From Nitrospirota bacterium (lineage in GTDB: Bacteria; Nitrospirota; Thermodesulfovibrionia; SZUA-242): 64,000 bases of DNA. The notes beneath the pieces were generated by a model, which worked only from the letters and a program-made list of their open reading frames with translations, was not told the DNA's origin and did not search any database. The stretch is taken from NCBI GenBank assembly GCA_016212095.1, contig JACRHH010000024.1, positions 7,482-71,481 on the forward strand. Reading direction: 5' to 3'. This document shows positions 19,053 to 27,739 of the stretch, one piece after another. Within the stretch, counting starts at the first letter, position 1, and every line of letters begins with the position of its first letter. The position numbers and the translations under genes are program-made.

Positions 19053-21002
19053 CTAGAAAAGAAGTTTCACGCCGCCCTCGATCCATCGGCGCGGGTTTTT
19101 ATAGTCAGTGTGCCAGTAGCTCGATCCGTTGAAAAGGTTATGCACGACCATGAAGAACTCCGGCTTTGCCCGTGGCGAAAGAAGAACCGTCTTGCTTGCG
19201 CCTGCGTCCACAATCACGGCGTTGTATTCCGCGCCGTCGCCTGCCGGTGCATCGTGCCAAACGTATTGGCCGGTGACGTTGGCCTTAATGGTGTCCATGT
19301 CATCATAGTGAAGACCGGCAGTGTATCGGTATTTCTTTTTCGACGCATCATCGCCGTTCGGATCGATGTCAACGAACGCCCCCCCGGCCTTGAACGAAAA
19401 GCCTTTTACCGGGCTCGTTTCAGCGTCAATTTCCAAGCCGCGCCTGTGTTCGCTCCCGGCGTTCACAAAAATATCGTTGCAAGCCGAACCGACGCATCCC
19501 GATGGGCCTCCGGCGTAATATGCCTTTTTCTGCACATCGCTTATCCGGTGGTTGAAAAACAGAGCCTTAAGACGCACGCTATTAGCCAGCAGCGTTTCCA
19601 CGCCGGCCTGATACGAGACAGTCTCCTCCGGTTTGATGTTCGGATTAGGATCGAGAAACAGTCCGCCGGCCAGAAGCTCCGCATAGGCCGGCGAGGTAAA
19701 ACCTTTTGATACAGTAGCTCTTAAAATCGTATTCTCACCGGCTCGCCATGTGGCTCCGAGGCTAGGGCTGGTGAAGTCTCCGGCGATTTCGTGATGGTCG
19801 TACCGCACTCCGGGGATAATCGTGAACTGCCCCGCAAGTATGTTGTCGTTTGCAAATACCGCCCAACGCTCGGCGTCAACGATTTTCCGCATCGCCGCAG
19901 GCGCTCCCCATCCCTGAATCGTCGGGCCATATGTTTGCAGGTTGTCAAGCTTGCCTTTTTCATAGTCGGCGCCCACGGTGATTGTCTGGAAATCGCCGCG
20001 ATACGTTACATTTGACCTTACTCCGTTTGTTGTGTCATCGCTTTGCGAACGATTGTACAGCACGCCGCCCAACTCGTTATTGGTACTATCGTATTTCAGC
20101 TTCCGTTGGAATGTCATCAGATATGCGCTGAGAGTATCGCTGATTTCGGAATCGACGACGGCAGATGCGAAGAAATTCCTGTCATTTGTTGAGACTTCAA
20201 GTCCGGTGAAGTCAAGCACGTAGCCATGGCGCGGCTCGCTGTAGCTGGAGGCGATTTTCAATGTGGTGGATTCGCCCAGCTTGAACGACAGCTTGCCGGT
20301 AACATTTGCCGCATCGTAAGACCTTCCGGCCACCAGACCGTCTGATGCCTGATGTTCGGCGTGAATGTAGAAGCCAATCGGCCCCGACCGGCCCCGCGCC
20401 TCGGCGCGAAGATCGCGCGAGTTGCCGCCGCCATACGACGCAAAGAGCGAAACCGGCGGCTGGCCGATCTTCTTCGTGTCTTTGGTGATGATGTTGATAA
20501 CGCCGCCAAGGGCCGATCCCCATGTGGACGACGCCGGGCCTTTCACTATCTCGATCCGCTCGATTATGCCCACCGGTATGTCCTGCGGCGTCGCGCTTCC
20601 CTCAACCAGCATGTTCCACGGAATGCCGTCAACCAGCAATAGCACATGACGGCTGTTCGATCCCTGAATGCTCAGCGATGCGTCGCTACCGAAATCCTGC
20701 CCGAAAAAGCCAACGAACACCCCCGTCGCCCGGTTCAAAACCTCGGCCACCGTATGCGCGCGCATCTCCTCTATCTCGCGCGAGTTGATTATCGTCATGT
20801 TCTCGGCCACCTGCGACAGCGGCTTGGGCGAGCGCGTGGCCGTTATCACAAGCTCGTCCGGATCGAAAAACATCGACAGCATGGCCAGTTCCTTCTCCGC
20901 GGCCTCGTTCATGTCGGCGGCGGACGACGGCGGCGGAGCGGAGAACAGCGCAATTGCGGCGGCAAGACAGAAAAGCGGCAACAGGCGAGACAGGCGGGGC
21001 AT
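19053..21002 (-). CDS. TonB-dependent outer-membrane receptor
   Basis: N-terminal signal peptide and plug domain (DELVITATR...). 22-strand barrel-like body. C-terminal ...GGVKLLF terminal Phe. Start ATG 21002 has RBS AAGGAG; the track start 21041 lacks one. Confidence 0.85.
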   Translation of the reverse strand: MPRLSRLLPLFCLAAAIALFSAPPPSSAADMNEAAEKELAMLSMFFDPDELVITATRSPKPLSQVAENMTIINSREIEEMRAHTVAEVLNRATGVFVGFFGQDFGSDASLSIQGSNSRHVLLLVDGIPWNMLVEGSATPQDIPVGIIERIEIVKGPASSTWGSALGGVINIITKDTKKIGQPPVSLFASYGGGNSRDLRAEARGRSGPIGFYIHAEHQASDGLVAGRSYDAANVTGKLSFKLGESTTLKIASSYSEPRHGYVLDFTGLEVSTNDRNFFASAVVDSEISDTLSAYLMTFQRKLKYDSTNNELGGVLYNRSQSDDTTNGVRSNVTYRGDFQTITVGADYEKGKLDNLQTYGPTIQGWGAPAAMRKIVDAERWAVFANDNILAGQFTIIPGVRYDHHEIAGDFTSPSLGATWRAGENTILRATVSKGFTSPAYAELLAGGLFLDPNPNIKPEETVSYQAGVETLLANSVRLKALFFNHRISDVQKKAYYAGGPSGCVGSACNDIFVNAGSEHRRGLEIDAETSPVKGFSFKAGGAFVDIDPNGDDASKKKYRYTAGLHYDDMDTIKANVTGQYVWHDAPAGDGAEYNAVIVDAGASKTVLLSPRAKPEFFMVVHNLFNGSSYWHTDYKNPRRWIEGGVKLLF

Positions 21003-21174
21003 GGCAACTCCTTGAAAATATGTGCTGAGCCTCCGGGGCATGGAGGCGTTTATAGCATTTCGGCTGAATTACCGGATAGTTTAGCGGTTTTTTCAGGAGA
21101 ATGGGGCAACAAATTGCGAGCGCGGCAATGGCGGGGGCGATTGATTCAGAATTGGAAAAACGGACAGCGCGGGA

Positions 21175-21294
21175 TCAACCCGCCAAGAAAGCCTTCATCA
21201 CAAGGGCAATCACGCCGCCGATGAGCACGCCGAGCATCCACCTGATTACAGCGAGTTCCGCCCTTATTTTATCGAATATCGTCGGAGTAGCCAT
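21175..21294 (-). CDS. possible 39-aa small membrane protein MATPTIFDKIRAELAVIRWMLGVLIGGVIALVMKAFLAG
   Basis: ORF with one predicted TM helix, no clear SD. Located between the tRNA-Ala terminator and the TonB receptor promoter region. Confidence 0.2.
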   Translation of the reverse strand: MATPTIFDKIRAELAVIRWMLGVLIGGVIALVMKAFLAG

Positions 21295-21310
21295 GCGGTT
21301 AATATATCAC

Positions 21311-21340
21311 AAAAAAGGGCTTCGCCTTGGCGAAGCCCCT
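21311..21340 (-). terminator. rho-independent terminator downstream of tRNA-Ala
   Basis: Minus-strand AGGGGCTTCGCC-aa-GGCGAAGCCC followed by TTTTTT. Confidence 0.75.
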
Positions 21341-21350
21341 GTGGTGTTTC

Positions 21351-21426
21351 TGGTGGACGATAAGGGGATCGAACCCTCGACCCCCACGTTGCGAACGTGG
21401 TGCTCTCCCAGCTGATCTAATCGCCC
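21351..21426 (-). tRNA. tRNA-Ala (anticodon CGC), CCA encoded
   Basis: Manually folded 76-nt cloverleaf GGGCGATTAGATCAGCTGGGAGAGCACCACGTTCGCAACGTGGGGGTCGAGGGTTCGATCCCCTTATCGTCCACCA. G3:U70 Ala identity pair. Anticodon loop TTCGCAA. Confidence 0.9.
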
Positions 21427-21452
21427 AAAAACGACGGTGTTAAAAACCGTCG
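21427..21452 (-). terminator. hairpin + U-tract downstream of speD (abuts tRNA-Ala 5' end)
   Basis: Minus strand ACCGTCG-ttttaac-CGACGGT then TTTTT. Confidence 0.5.
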
Positions 21453-21484
21453 AACATTATAGCATATCAAAAAGCCTTGCGGCA

Positions 21485-22294
21485 TCAATGCGCCCCCGGA
21501 TACACGTTCTTGCCGTAGAATATGTCGGTCATCTCGCGGTTCAGCATCGTCTCCACCGCGTCGCGCTCGCTTTCGGTCATGGCCACGCTTTTCACGCCGA
21601 AGAGGTAGTTGTCCAGATCCACGTCGTCGAGCACCATCTTTGTGTGGAAAAGATTCTCCTGGTGGATGTTGAAGTCTATCGTGCGGTAGCGCCGCAGAAC
21701 GGTTTTGCTTATAAACTCCTGAATGGACAATATCTTGTGGTCGATGAAAAGCTTCCTGCCGCGCGTGTCGCGGGTGAATCCGCGCACCTTGTAGTCGATC
21801 AGAACCACGTCGGACTCGAAGCTCGAAATCAGGTAATTGAGCGCCTTCAGCGGCGAAACCTTGCCGCAGGTGCTCACGTCTATGTCCACGCGGAACGTGG
21901 ATATGCCTGTGCGCTTGTTGGTTTCGGGGTATGTGTGGGAGCAGATGTGGCTCTTGTCCAGATGCGCCAGCACGATGTCCGGCGTGGCGGGCGGATTTAT
22001 CGGGGCCTCGGATATGAGCATGGTCACGCTTGCGCCCATCGGATCGTAGTCTTGCGTGGAGATGTTCAGGATGTTGGCCCCGATGATGTCGGCCACGTCC
22101 TTCATGATCTTTTCGAGGCGGCTGGAGTTGTACTCCTCGTCGATGTACTCCAGATACTCCTTGCGCGCCCTTGCGGTTGTCGCGTAGCAAATATCGTAGA
22201 TATTGAATGTGAGCGTCTTTGTGAGATTGTTGAACCCGGCCAGCCGGAGCTTTTTCTTTCTCGGCTTAGCTTTTCGCTTTGTCTTCCCCATCAA
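21485..22294 (-). CDS. speD: S-adenosylmethionine decarboxylase proenzyme (class Ib, E. coli SpeD-type)
   Basis: N-terminus [25 protein letters not shown] is near-identical in pattern to E. coli SpeD ([24 protein letters not shown]). 269 aa. Confidence 0.9.
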   Translation of the reverse strand: MMGKTKRKAKPRKKKLRLAGFNNLTKTLTFNIYDICYATTARARKEYLEYIDEEYNSSRLEKIMKDVADIIGANILNISTQDYDPMGASVTMLISEAPINPPATPDIVLAHLDKSHICSHTYPETNKRTGISTFRVDIDVSTCGKVSPLKALNYLISSFESDVVLIDYKVRGFTRDTRGRKLFIDHKILSIQEFISKTVLRRYRTIDFNIHQENLFHTKMVLDDVDLDNYLFGVKSVAMTESERDAVETMLNREMTDIFYGKNVYPGAH

Positions 22295-22426
22295 ACGACC
22301 TTCCTACAACGCTGATACTCCAGGCAGTCTAACGGCCGGAACTTTCAATTATTTAAAATATCGGCGGGAAAGTCAAACGGCGCTGTAAGTTGCTCAGAGA
22401 GAGAACCGTTCCGATTGCTTAATTAC

Positions 22427-22540
22427 GACTCCCCCCTTTGCGGCGGGTGCGAAAGCCGACTCCCCCCTTTGTGGCGGGTGCGAAAGCCGACTCCCCCCTT
22501 GCCCCCCTCATTGAGGGGGGTGGCGAAGAGCCGGGGGGAG
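22427..22540. repeat. GC-rich nested-palindrome repeat cluster: 2x 31-bp direct repeat GACTCCCCCCTTTG(C/T)GGCGGGTGCGAAAGCC, then the element CTCCCCCCTTGCCCCCCTCATTGAGGGGGGTGGCGAAGAGCCGGGGGGAG. Same family as the in-gene copies at 49337-49462.
   Basis: Read directly. Inner hairpin CCCCCCTCA/TGAGGGGGG, outer CTCCCCCC/GGGGGGAG. Confidence 0.8.
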
Positions 22541-22576
22541 GTAATAACTGAGGGTTGCCCGATTGACCGCCGCCAG

Positions 22577-23272
22577 CTACTTCACTTCCTGCTTCGGCTG
22601 ATCCTTATGCTCCTGATGCTGTCCGCCTCCCATGTAGGCAGACTCCTCGGCGGCCCGGAACGCGGAGGCTTCCTGCGCGCTTATCAGCTTGTCCTGCGAG
22701 CGGTCAACCGCCTTCAACGCGGCCAGCACTTCGCCGTCGCCGCCCTTGCCGTCCTCGAACAGCTTCAGCTTCTCGGCAAACGCCGTGTCGCGAAGCGCCC
22801 TGTAGCGAAGACCGGCCTTGTAGTCGGTGAATGCTTCGGATGAGATGTCGTAAATAATATCGCCGCTGAAGAACACCACCTTGATGCCCTTGCCGCGCAT
22901 CTTCTCGGTTTCGAGTATCTTGCTCATCTCGGCCTCGCGCGAGTCGCAACGGGCCTTCTGGTCGGCCATCTGCCCCTTGATGTCGGACATTCCCTTGTCG
23001 CAATCGGCCTTCTGGGTTGTAACGCTTCTCTCGCAATCGGCCTTCTGCGACGCAAGCTGTTCCTCGCTCTGCCTTCTAAGCTGCGATTCCTTGTTCGCGC
23101 AGTCAACCTTCTGGTCGGCCAAGAGCTTTTCCATCTGGGCCACGCTCTGCTCAAGCTCGGTAATGCGCTTCTTGCCGGTCACGTCATCCATGGACGCGCA
23201 TCCTGCAAGCCCGACAAAAGCCGCGGAAACGGCAATTACCAAAAAGCGGGACAATGATTTGTTGCTATGCAT
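22577..23272 (-). CDS. lipoprotein with four ~11-residue QKADC-type repeats (coiled-coil-like)
   Basis: Signal peptide and lipobox (LAGC) after MHSNKS start. RBS AAGGAGGGAG. Repeats QKVDCANKESQ/QKADCERSVTT/QKADCDKGMSD/QKARCDSREAE. Confidence 0.6.
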   Translation of the reverse strand: MHSNKSLSRFLVIAVSAAFVGLAGCASMDDVTGKKRITELEQSVAQMEKLLADQKVDCANKESQLRRQSEEQLASQKADCERSVTTQKADCDKGMSDIKGQMADQKARCDSREAEMSKILETEKMRGKGIKVVFFSGDIIYDISSEAFTDYKAGLRYRALRDTAFAEKLKLFEDGKGGDGEVLAALKAVDRSQDKLISAQEASAFRAAEESAYMGGGQHQEHKDQPKQEVK

Positions 23273-23453
23273 CGATACTCCCTCCTTGCACGGGATTAAT
23301 GAAATTACTGTTCCGCGTTGCGCGGATACAGGCTCTTTTCGGAAGAAACCGGCGAAACTCAATATAGCAGGGCAACGAACGGCTGTCAAACATGCCGCCG
23401 CTTTTCCGGCTTCTTTGCGTTGGCTGCCCGCTTTCACTATACTAGGCAGACAC

Positions 23454-24365
23454 ATGAAGCATCTTCAGTTAAAAAAGCCGCTCGTATTTCTCGACCTGGA
23501 AACAACCGGAACCAACACAGCATCCGACCGCATTGTCGAAATAGCCCTTGTCAAGATACTGCCGGGCGGCGCGCGCGAGGTGTTCGAAACCCGCATTAAC
23601 CCCGAACGCTCCATACCGGCGGTTGTCAGCCGCATTCACGGCATCACCGACGCCGATGTTGCCGACAAGCCGACATTCAGGGAAACCGCAGGCCGCGTGG
23701 CCGGTTTCATCGAGGGATGCGATCTTGCCGGATTCAATATCATACGGTTCGACATTCCGCTTCTGATAGAGGAATGCAGGCGGGCCGGAATAGAGCTGTC
23801 ACTGGAAGACAGGTCTCTGGTTGACGCGCAGGTCATCTTCCACAAGAAGGAGCCGCGCTCGCTTGAGGCGGCGGTTCAGTACTACTGCGAGCGAGAGCAT
23901 GTGAACGCGCATTCGGCCTTGGGCGACGTCGAGGCCACCATCGACATACTTGACGCGCAGCTTGCACGATACAAGGATGTTCCTGCCGACGCCGAGGCCC
24001 TGCACAATTTTTGCGACCAGAAGAACCCTAATTTCGTTGACAGATTCGGCAAGATGGTCTGGAAAGACGGCGAGGTCTGCATGAATTTCGGCCCGCACCG
24101 GGGCAAGCTGCTTCGCGACATCATCGAAAAGGACGCCACGTTTCTGGACTGGATGCTGCGTAAGGATTTCTCTGTCGAGGTGAAACGGATAATCTCCGAT
24201 GCTATGATGGGGAATTACCCTTCGCCGCCCGGCGATACGGAAGAACCGGCAGCACCCTTGAAACCGGTTCAGGCCGTAAAACCGGTGGCGGAGAATGGCG
24301 CGAATCCTGAGGAAGCTAAAGTGGCAGACAAACCCGCAGATTCAAAGCATCCGCGTTTCTGGTAA
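23454..24365 (+). CDS. DnaQ-like 3'-5' exonuclease (DEDDh) with C-terminal extension
   Basis: LVFLDLETTGTNTASDRIVEIALV exo I motif, HSALGDVEAT exo III motif. Start ATG 23454; the track start 22881 is antisense to the lipoprotein gene. Confidence 0.75.
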   Translation: MKHLQLKKPLVFLDLETTGTNTASDRIVEIALVKILPGGAREVFETRINPERSIPAVVSRIHGITDADVADKPTFRETAGRVAGFIEGCDLAGFNIIRFDIPLLIEECRRAGIELSLEDRSLVDAQVIFHKKEPRSLEAAVQYYCEREHVNAHSALGDVEATIDILDAQLARYKDVPADAEALHNFCDQKNPNFVDRFGKMVWKDGEVCMNFGPHRGKLLRDIIEKDATFLDWMLRKDFSVEVKRIISDAMMGNYPSPPGDTEEPAAPLKPVQAVKPVAENGANPEEAKVADKPADSKHPRFW

Positions 24366-24476
24366 TTCCATGTCGATTTGGTTGTATAGCGATGTAGACA
24401 GCGGGCTTAAGCCCGCTGTTGAGCAAGAGCATCCCCTCTACGGCAATAGTTGAAATAAAAGGGCGCAGCAAGCCGG

Positions 24477-26468
24477 TCACCTGCCCAGCAGCATGTTAAT
24501 CTTGCCGGTGAATTCGTCGATATTGTAAGGTTTCTGTATGAAGTCGTCAGCGCCCATTTTCAGGATCTCGGCAGCCGGCCCCTCCTGATCGTAGCCGCTT
24601 GAAACAAGCACCTTCATGTCGGGACGCAGTTTCTTGATCTCCGGATACGTTTCCCTTCCGCTCATGCGCTTCATTATGATGTCGAGCACCACGAGCGACA
24701 CGTCAGGATTGCGCTTCAGCTCATTGATTGCGCTGTCTCCGTCGTCCACCGCGATCACCCTGAATCCTGCCGATTCCAGTATGTCCGTTGCCACTTCGCG
24801 CACAATGTCCTCGTCATCCACCACCATGACGGTTCCCGATCCCCTCAGATCGGGAATTACTTCATGCTTGCGTAAAGCGGCTCGCGGTTCCGGCGGAGCC
24901 TGTCTGCCGATGTATTTCGCCGCCGGCCAGTAAAGCTCTATTGTCGCGCCGGCTCCTGGGATGCTTTTTGCCGTGATGAGCGCCTTGTTCGTGCGCGTGA
25001 TGCCATATATGGCGGCCATGCCAAGACCTCGGCCCATTCCCTTCGTGGAGTAGAACGGCTCGAACAGCTTGGCCAGCACCTCGTCGGTCATGCCGCAGCC
25101 GTTGTCGGTGACGGTGATGCGGACATACGCCCTGTTGGCGTCGAACTCGGTGAAATCCGGAACATCCTCCGCGAGACACGTGGATATTTTTATGACGCCG
25201 CGCCCCGATATGGCCTCCGAGGCGTTGATGATGATGTTTATCAGCGTCTGGTGAAGCTGGCCCTTGTCGGCCACCAGCGGCGGCAGATCGGGCGCGAGAT
25301 CGGTGATGACGCTTATCTGGCGGTCGATCACGCGGTTTGTGAACTCCAGGACATTGCCCAGGAAATGGTTGATGTCAACCTTCTCCGGGATGAACTTGCC
25401 GCCCTGCGCGTAGGCAAGAAGGCTGCGGGTGAGCTCTGCCATCTTGATGGCGGAATCGCGGATTATCGTGAGCAGCTTGTAGCGGTTGTCCTTGTTGTCC
25501 ACGTGTTTGAGCAGAAGCTCGGAGCTGCCCAGCACTCCAACCAGCAGGTTGTTGTAGTCGTGGGCCACGCCTCCGGCAAGGGTTCCGATGGACTCCATCT
25601 TCTGCGCCTGGAAAAGCTGTTCCTGCAGGCGCTCCTTCTCCTGAACCGCCCTGATCTCGTCGGTCACGTCGATATGCTGGATGACCGCGTTTTTGAGCCT
25701 GCCGGTTGAATCGAGAACCGGAAACATGGAAAAACGTATTATGCGTCGACCCTTTCCGGCAATTTCGTAGTCCGTCTGGAATTCAACCTGTTCGTTTTCG
25801 GCGAACACCCTGTTGACAAGATCGAGATGACCGCCCCGCTCCAGTTCGCTGTCGTCGAAAACCGAGTAGTTGCCGATTATGCCGCCGCCTTTTGTGTTGA
25901 ACATGCGGTTGTAGCGCTCGTTGTGCAGCACGCATACGCCGTCGGCGTCCGTGATCAGCGTGCTGATGGGGCTCTGCATGATGATGCCCTCAAGGAAATG
26001 GCGGGCGTAGGCATGTTCCTCAAGCGATAGGGCGAGATCGCGGCTGTACTCCTTCAGGAAATGGGCCTTCTTGTCCAGCGGCAGATGGTCTCGCCGCCCG
26101 TTGATGTACGACTCCAGCACCGAAAGAAAGCCGTCAACATCTATCGGCTTGGCGATGTAACCGTCGCAGCCTGCCACGAGGCAGCGCTCCCGCGCGCCGG
26201 GATAGGCGTTCGAGGTGATGGCAACTATCGGAATGTCATTAAGATTCTTGCTGTTTTTAAGAATCGTGGCAGCCTCGTTGCCGTCCAGGCCCGGAAGGTT
26301 TATGTCCATCAGGATCAGGTCTGGATTGGTGTCGCCTGCCGCCTTTATGCCGCTCAGGCCGTCGGATGCCTCCACAACCGTATGTCCCGCGGATTCAAGC
26401 AGCTTACGCACCAGCAAAAGATTGTTGAAATCGTCCTCGATGTGAAGAATGCGCGCCATGTTGCTCAC
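24477..26468 (-). CDS. hybrid sensor histidine kinase / response regulator (REC-PAS-HisKA-HATPase_c-REC)
   Basis: N-terminal REC (DINLPGLDG), H-box AHDYNNLL, G-boxes (DNGCGM, GLGMAAIYG), C-terminal REC (LDIIMKRMSG). Confidence 0.85.
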   Translation of the reverse strand: MSNMARILHIEDDFNNLLLVRKLLESAGHTVVEASDGLSGIKAAGDTNPDLILMDINLPGLDGNEAATILKNSKNLNDIPIVAITSNAYPGARERCLVAGCDGYIAKPIDVDGFLSVLESYINGRRDHLPLDKKAHFLKEYSRDLALSLEEHAYARHFLEGIIMQSPISTLITDADGVCVLHNERYNRMFNTKGGGIIGNYSVFDDSELERGGHLDLVNRVFAENEQVEFQTDYEIAGKGRRIIRFSMFPVLDSTGRLKNAVIQHIDVTDEIRAVQEKERLQEQLFQAQKMESIGTLAGGVAHDYNNLLVGVLGSSELLLKHVDNKDNRYKLLTIIRDSAIKMAELTRSLLAYAQGGKFIPEKVDINHFLGNVLEFTNRVIDRQISVITDLAPDLPPLVADKGQLHQTLINIIINASEAISGRGVIKISTCLAEDVPDFTEFDANRAYVRITVTDNGCGMTDEVLAKLFEPFYSTKGMGRGLGMAAIYGITRTNKALITAKSIPGAGATIELYWPAAKYIGRQAPPEPRAALRKHEVIPDLRGSGTVMVVDDEDIVREVATDILESAGFRVIAVDDGDSAINELKRNPDVSLVVLDIIMKRMSGRETYPEIKKLRPDMKVLVSSGYDQEGPAAEILKMGADDFIQKPYNIDEFTGKINMLLGR

Positions 26469-26670
26469 TTTATTTCGTAGTTCAGTCGTAAACCGTTCAA
26501 TGATTCAACGACAAGCCGTTATAGCACAACGTGTAATGATAACACAGGATCGCCCGCTGTTAATGCAACGATTTCGATCAGCGCAACGTCGCGCCGGACG
26601 CGTTGCAACGTCGCACCCGACCGAACCGGCAAGGCATCCCACCACTTCCGCATGTTTCAACGTGCGGATA

Positions 26671-26690
26671 TGACGCACTTTTTTGCGTCA
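26671..26690. promoter_or_regulatory. inverted repeat TGACGCA-N6-TGCGTCA, candidate enhancer/activator site upstream of the sigma-54 promoter
   Basis: Read directly. Additional CAACG-containing repeats lie at 26560-26640. Confidence 0.35.
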
Positions 26691-26708
26691 TTGCGTTTCG
26701 CCGGGCGG

Positions 26709-26725
26709 TTGGCACGCCATCTGCT
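26709..26725 (+). promoter_or_regulatory. putative sigma-54 (-24/-12) promoter TTGGCACGCCATCTGCT for hsp20-hsp20-clpB
   Basis: GG and GC elements spaced by 10 nt (TGGCAC-N5-CTGC). About 50 nt upstream of the hsp20 RBS GGAAGGAGGA. Confidence 0.55.
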
Positions 26726-26788
26726 TATTAGAAAGCGTCAACGCAATGCGCGTTGGATGAAATACAGATCGGAAGGAGGATGAGGAAC

Positions 26789-27229
26789 ATGTTACTTCAG
26801 GTACAGGAACGGGCATGGAACCCGTGGCATGAGCTCGAACGCATGGAGGCCGAGATCAGCCGGATTTTCGGTGATATGGGCTTAAGCGGCGCGCCCGCTT
26901 TTCCGGCGCTGAACGCATGGACAGGCGAGGAAGATGTGGTGGTGACCGCCGAACTGCCGGGCATCGAGCCAAAAGACATCGAGATTTCGGTGATCGACAA
27001 GACGCTCGCCATCAAGGGCGAGCGTACCGAGGTGAAGGAGACGGATGGAAGGACGTATCACAGGCGTGAACGGAGTTTTGGCCGGTTTGTCCGCAAGCTC
27101 GATCTGCCGTACAGGATCGAGACAGGCAGTGTTTCGGCGAAGTTCGCCAACGGCGTGCTGAAGGTTACGCTGCCGAGGGCGGAAGAGGACAGGCCGAGAA
27201 AGATCGCCATCGAGGCGACTGCGAATTGA
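26789..27229 (+). CDS. Hsp20/alpha-crystallin family small heat-shock protein
   Basis: Alpha-crystallin domain (VVTAELPGIEPKDIEISV..., GVLKVTLPR). Start ATG 26789 sits 9 nt after GGAGGA; an in-frame ATG at 26780 is also possible. Confidence 0.8.
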   Translation: MLLQVQERAWNPWHELERMEAEISRIFGDMGLSGAPAFPALNAWTGEEDVVVTAELPGIEPKDIEISVIDKTLAIKGERTEVKETDGRTYHRRERSFGRFVRKLDLPYRIETGSVSAKFANGVLKVTLPRAEEDRPRKIAIEATAN

Positions 27230-27246
27230 GCGAGGAGGTGAGGGAT

Positions 27247-27627
27247 ATGACCAGCGAGAAGACCAACGTTGAATGTTGCGCGACGACTGCTCCGGAGAAG
27301 GTGTTCCGTCCGCATACCGACATATACGAAGACGGCGATAACTTCTATATAGAGGTTGACATGCCGGGCGTGGATGAGCATGGCCTCGATCTTGCGATCG
27401 AGAGAAACATGCTCACCATATGCGGCACGGTGAAGGCGGAAGAGTTTCCGGGCCACCATCAGGTTTTCAGGGAGCATGAGGCGGGAGGCTACCGCCGGAC
27501 ATTCACGCTGCCCGATGAAACCGACCGCGACCATATTCAGGCAACGATCAAAAACGGCGTTCTTTACATGCTCGTGCCGAAGGCGGCTCCGGCAACGGCA
27601 AGAAAGATCGAGGTGACGGCGGGTTGA
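27247..27627 (+). CDS. Hsp20/alpha-crystallin family small heat-shock protein (second paralog)
   Basis: FYIEVDMPGVDEHGLDLAIE..., NGVLYMLVPK. RBS GAGGAGGTGA before ATG 27247. Confidence 0.8.
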   Translation: MTSEKTNVECCATTAPEKVFRPHTDIYEDGDNFYIEVDMPGVDEHGLDLAIERNMLTICGTVKAEEFPGHHQVFREHEAGGYRRTFTLPDETDRDHIQATIKNGVLYMLVPKAAPATARKIEVTAG

Positions 27628-27677
27628 TAACAGCGTAACATTGCATATCACAGTACGGGCGAACGGCTGTTCGCCGT

Positions 27678-27723
27678 GTAGAGACGCATGATTATGTAGA
27701 GACGCATGATTATGCGTCTCTAC
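27678..27723 (+). terminator. palindromic element copy 2: GTAGAGACGCATGATTAT x2 direct, closed by GCGTCTCTAC (10-bp stem hairpin)
   Basis: Read directly. Preceded by a second hairpin GGCGAAC-ggct-GTTCGCC (27657-27677). Lies between the hsp20 stop and the clpB start. Confidence 0.55.
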
Positions 27724-27739
27724 AAATAAGAGGAAACCA

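Noticed and set aside
21042-21174. possible cobalamin or other riboswitch in the 5' leader of the TonB-dependent receptor
   Set aside because: The leader is only ~130 nt and lacks a B12-box-like conserved core. No convincing structured element seen.
21101-21415. 104-aa plus-strand ORF
   Set aside because: Overlaps the tRNA-Ala gene and its terminator. No coding signal.
21437-22315. 292-aa plus-strand ORF and 257-aa minus ORF 21417-22190
   Set aside because: Overlap speD, whose near-identity in pattern to E. coli SpeD identifies the true frame.
22415-22843. 142-aa ORF beginning in the repeat cluster
   Set aside because: Its N-terminus is a translation of the MITE-like repeats. The rest is antisense to the lipoprotein gene.
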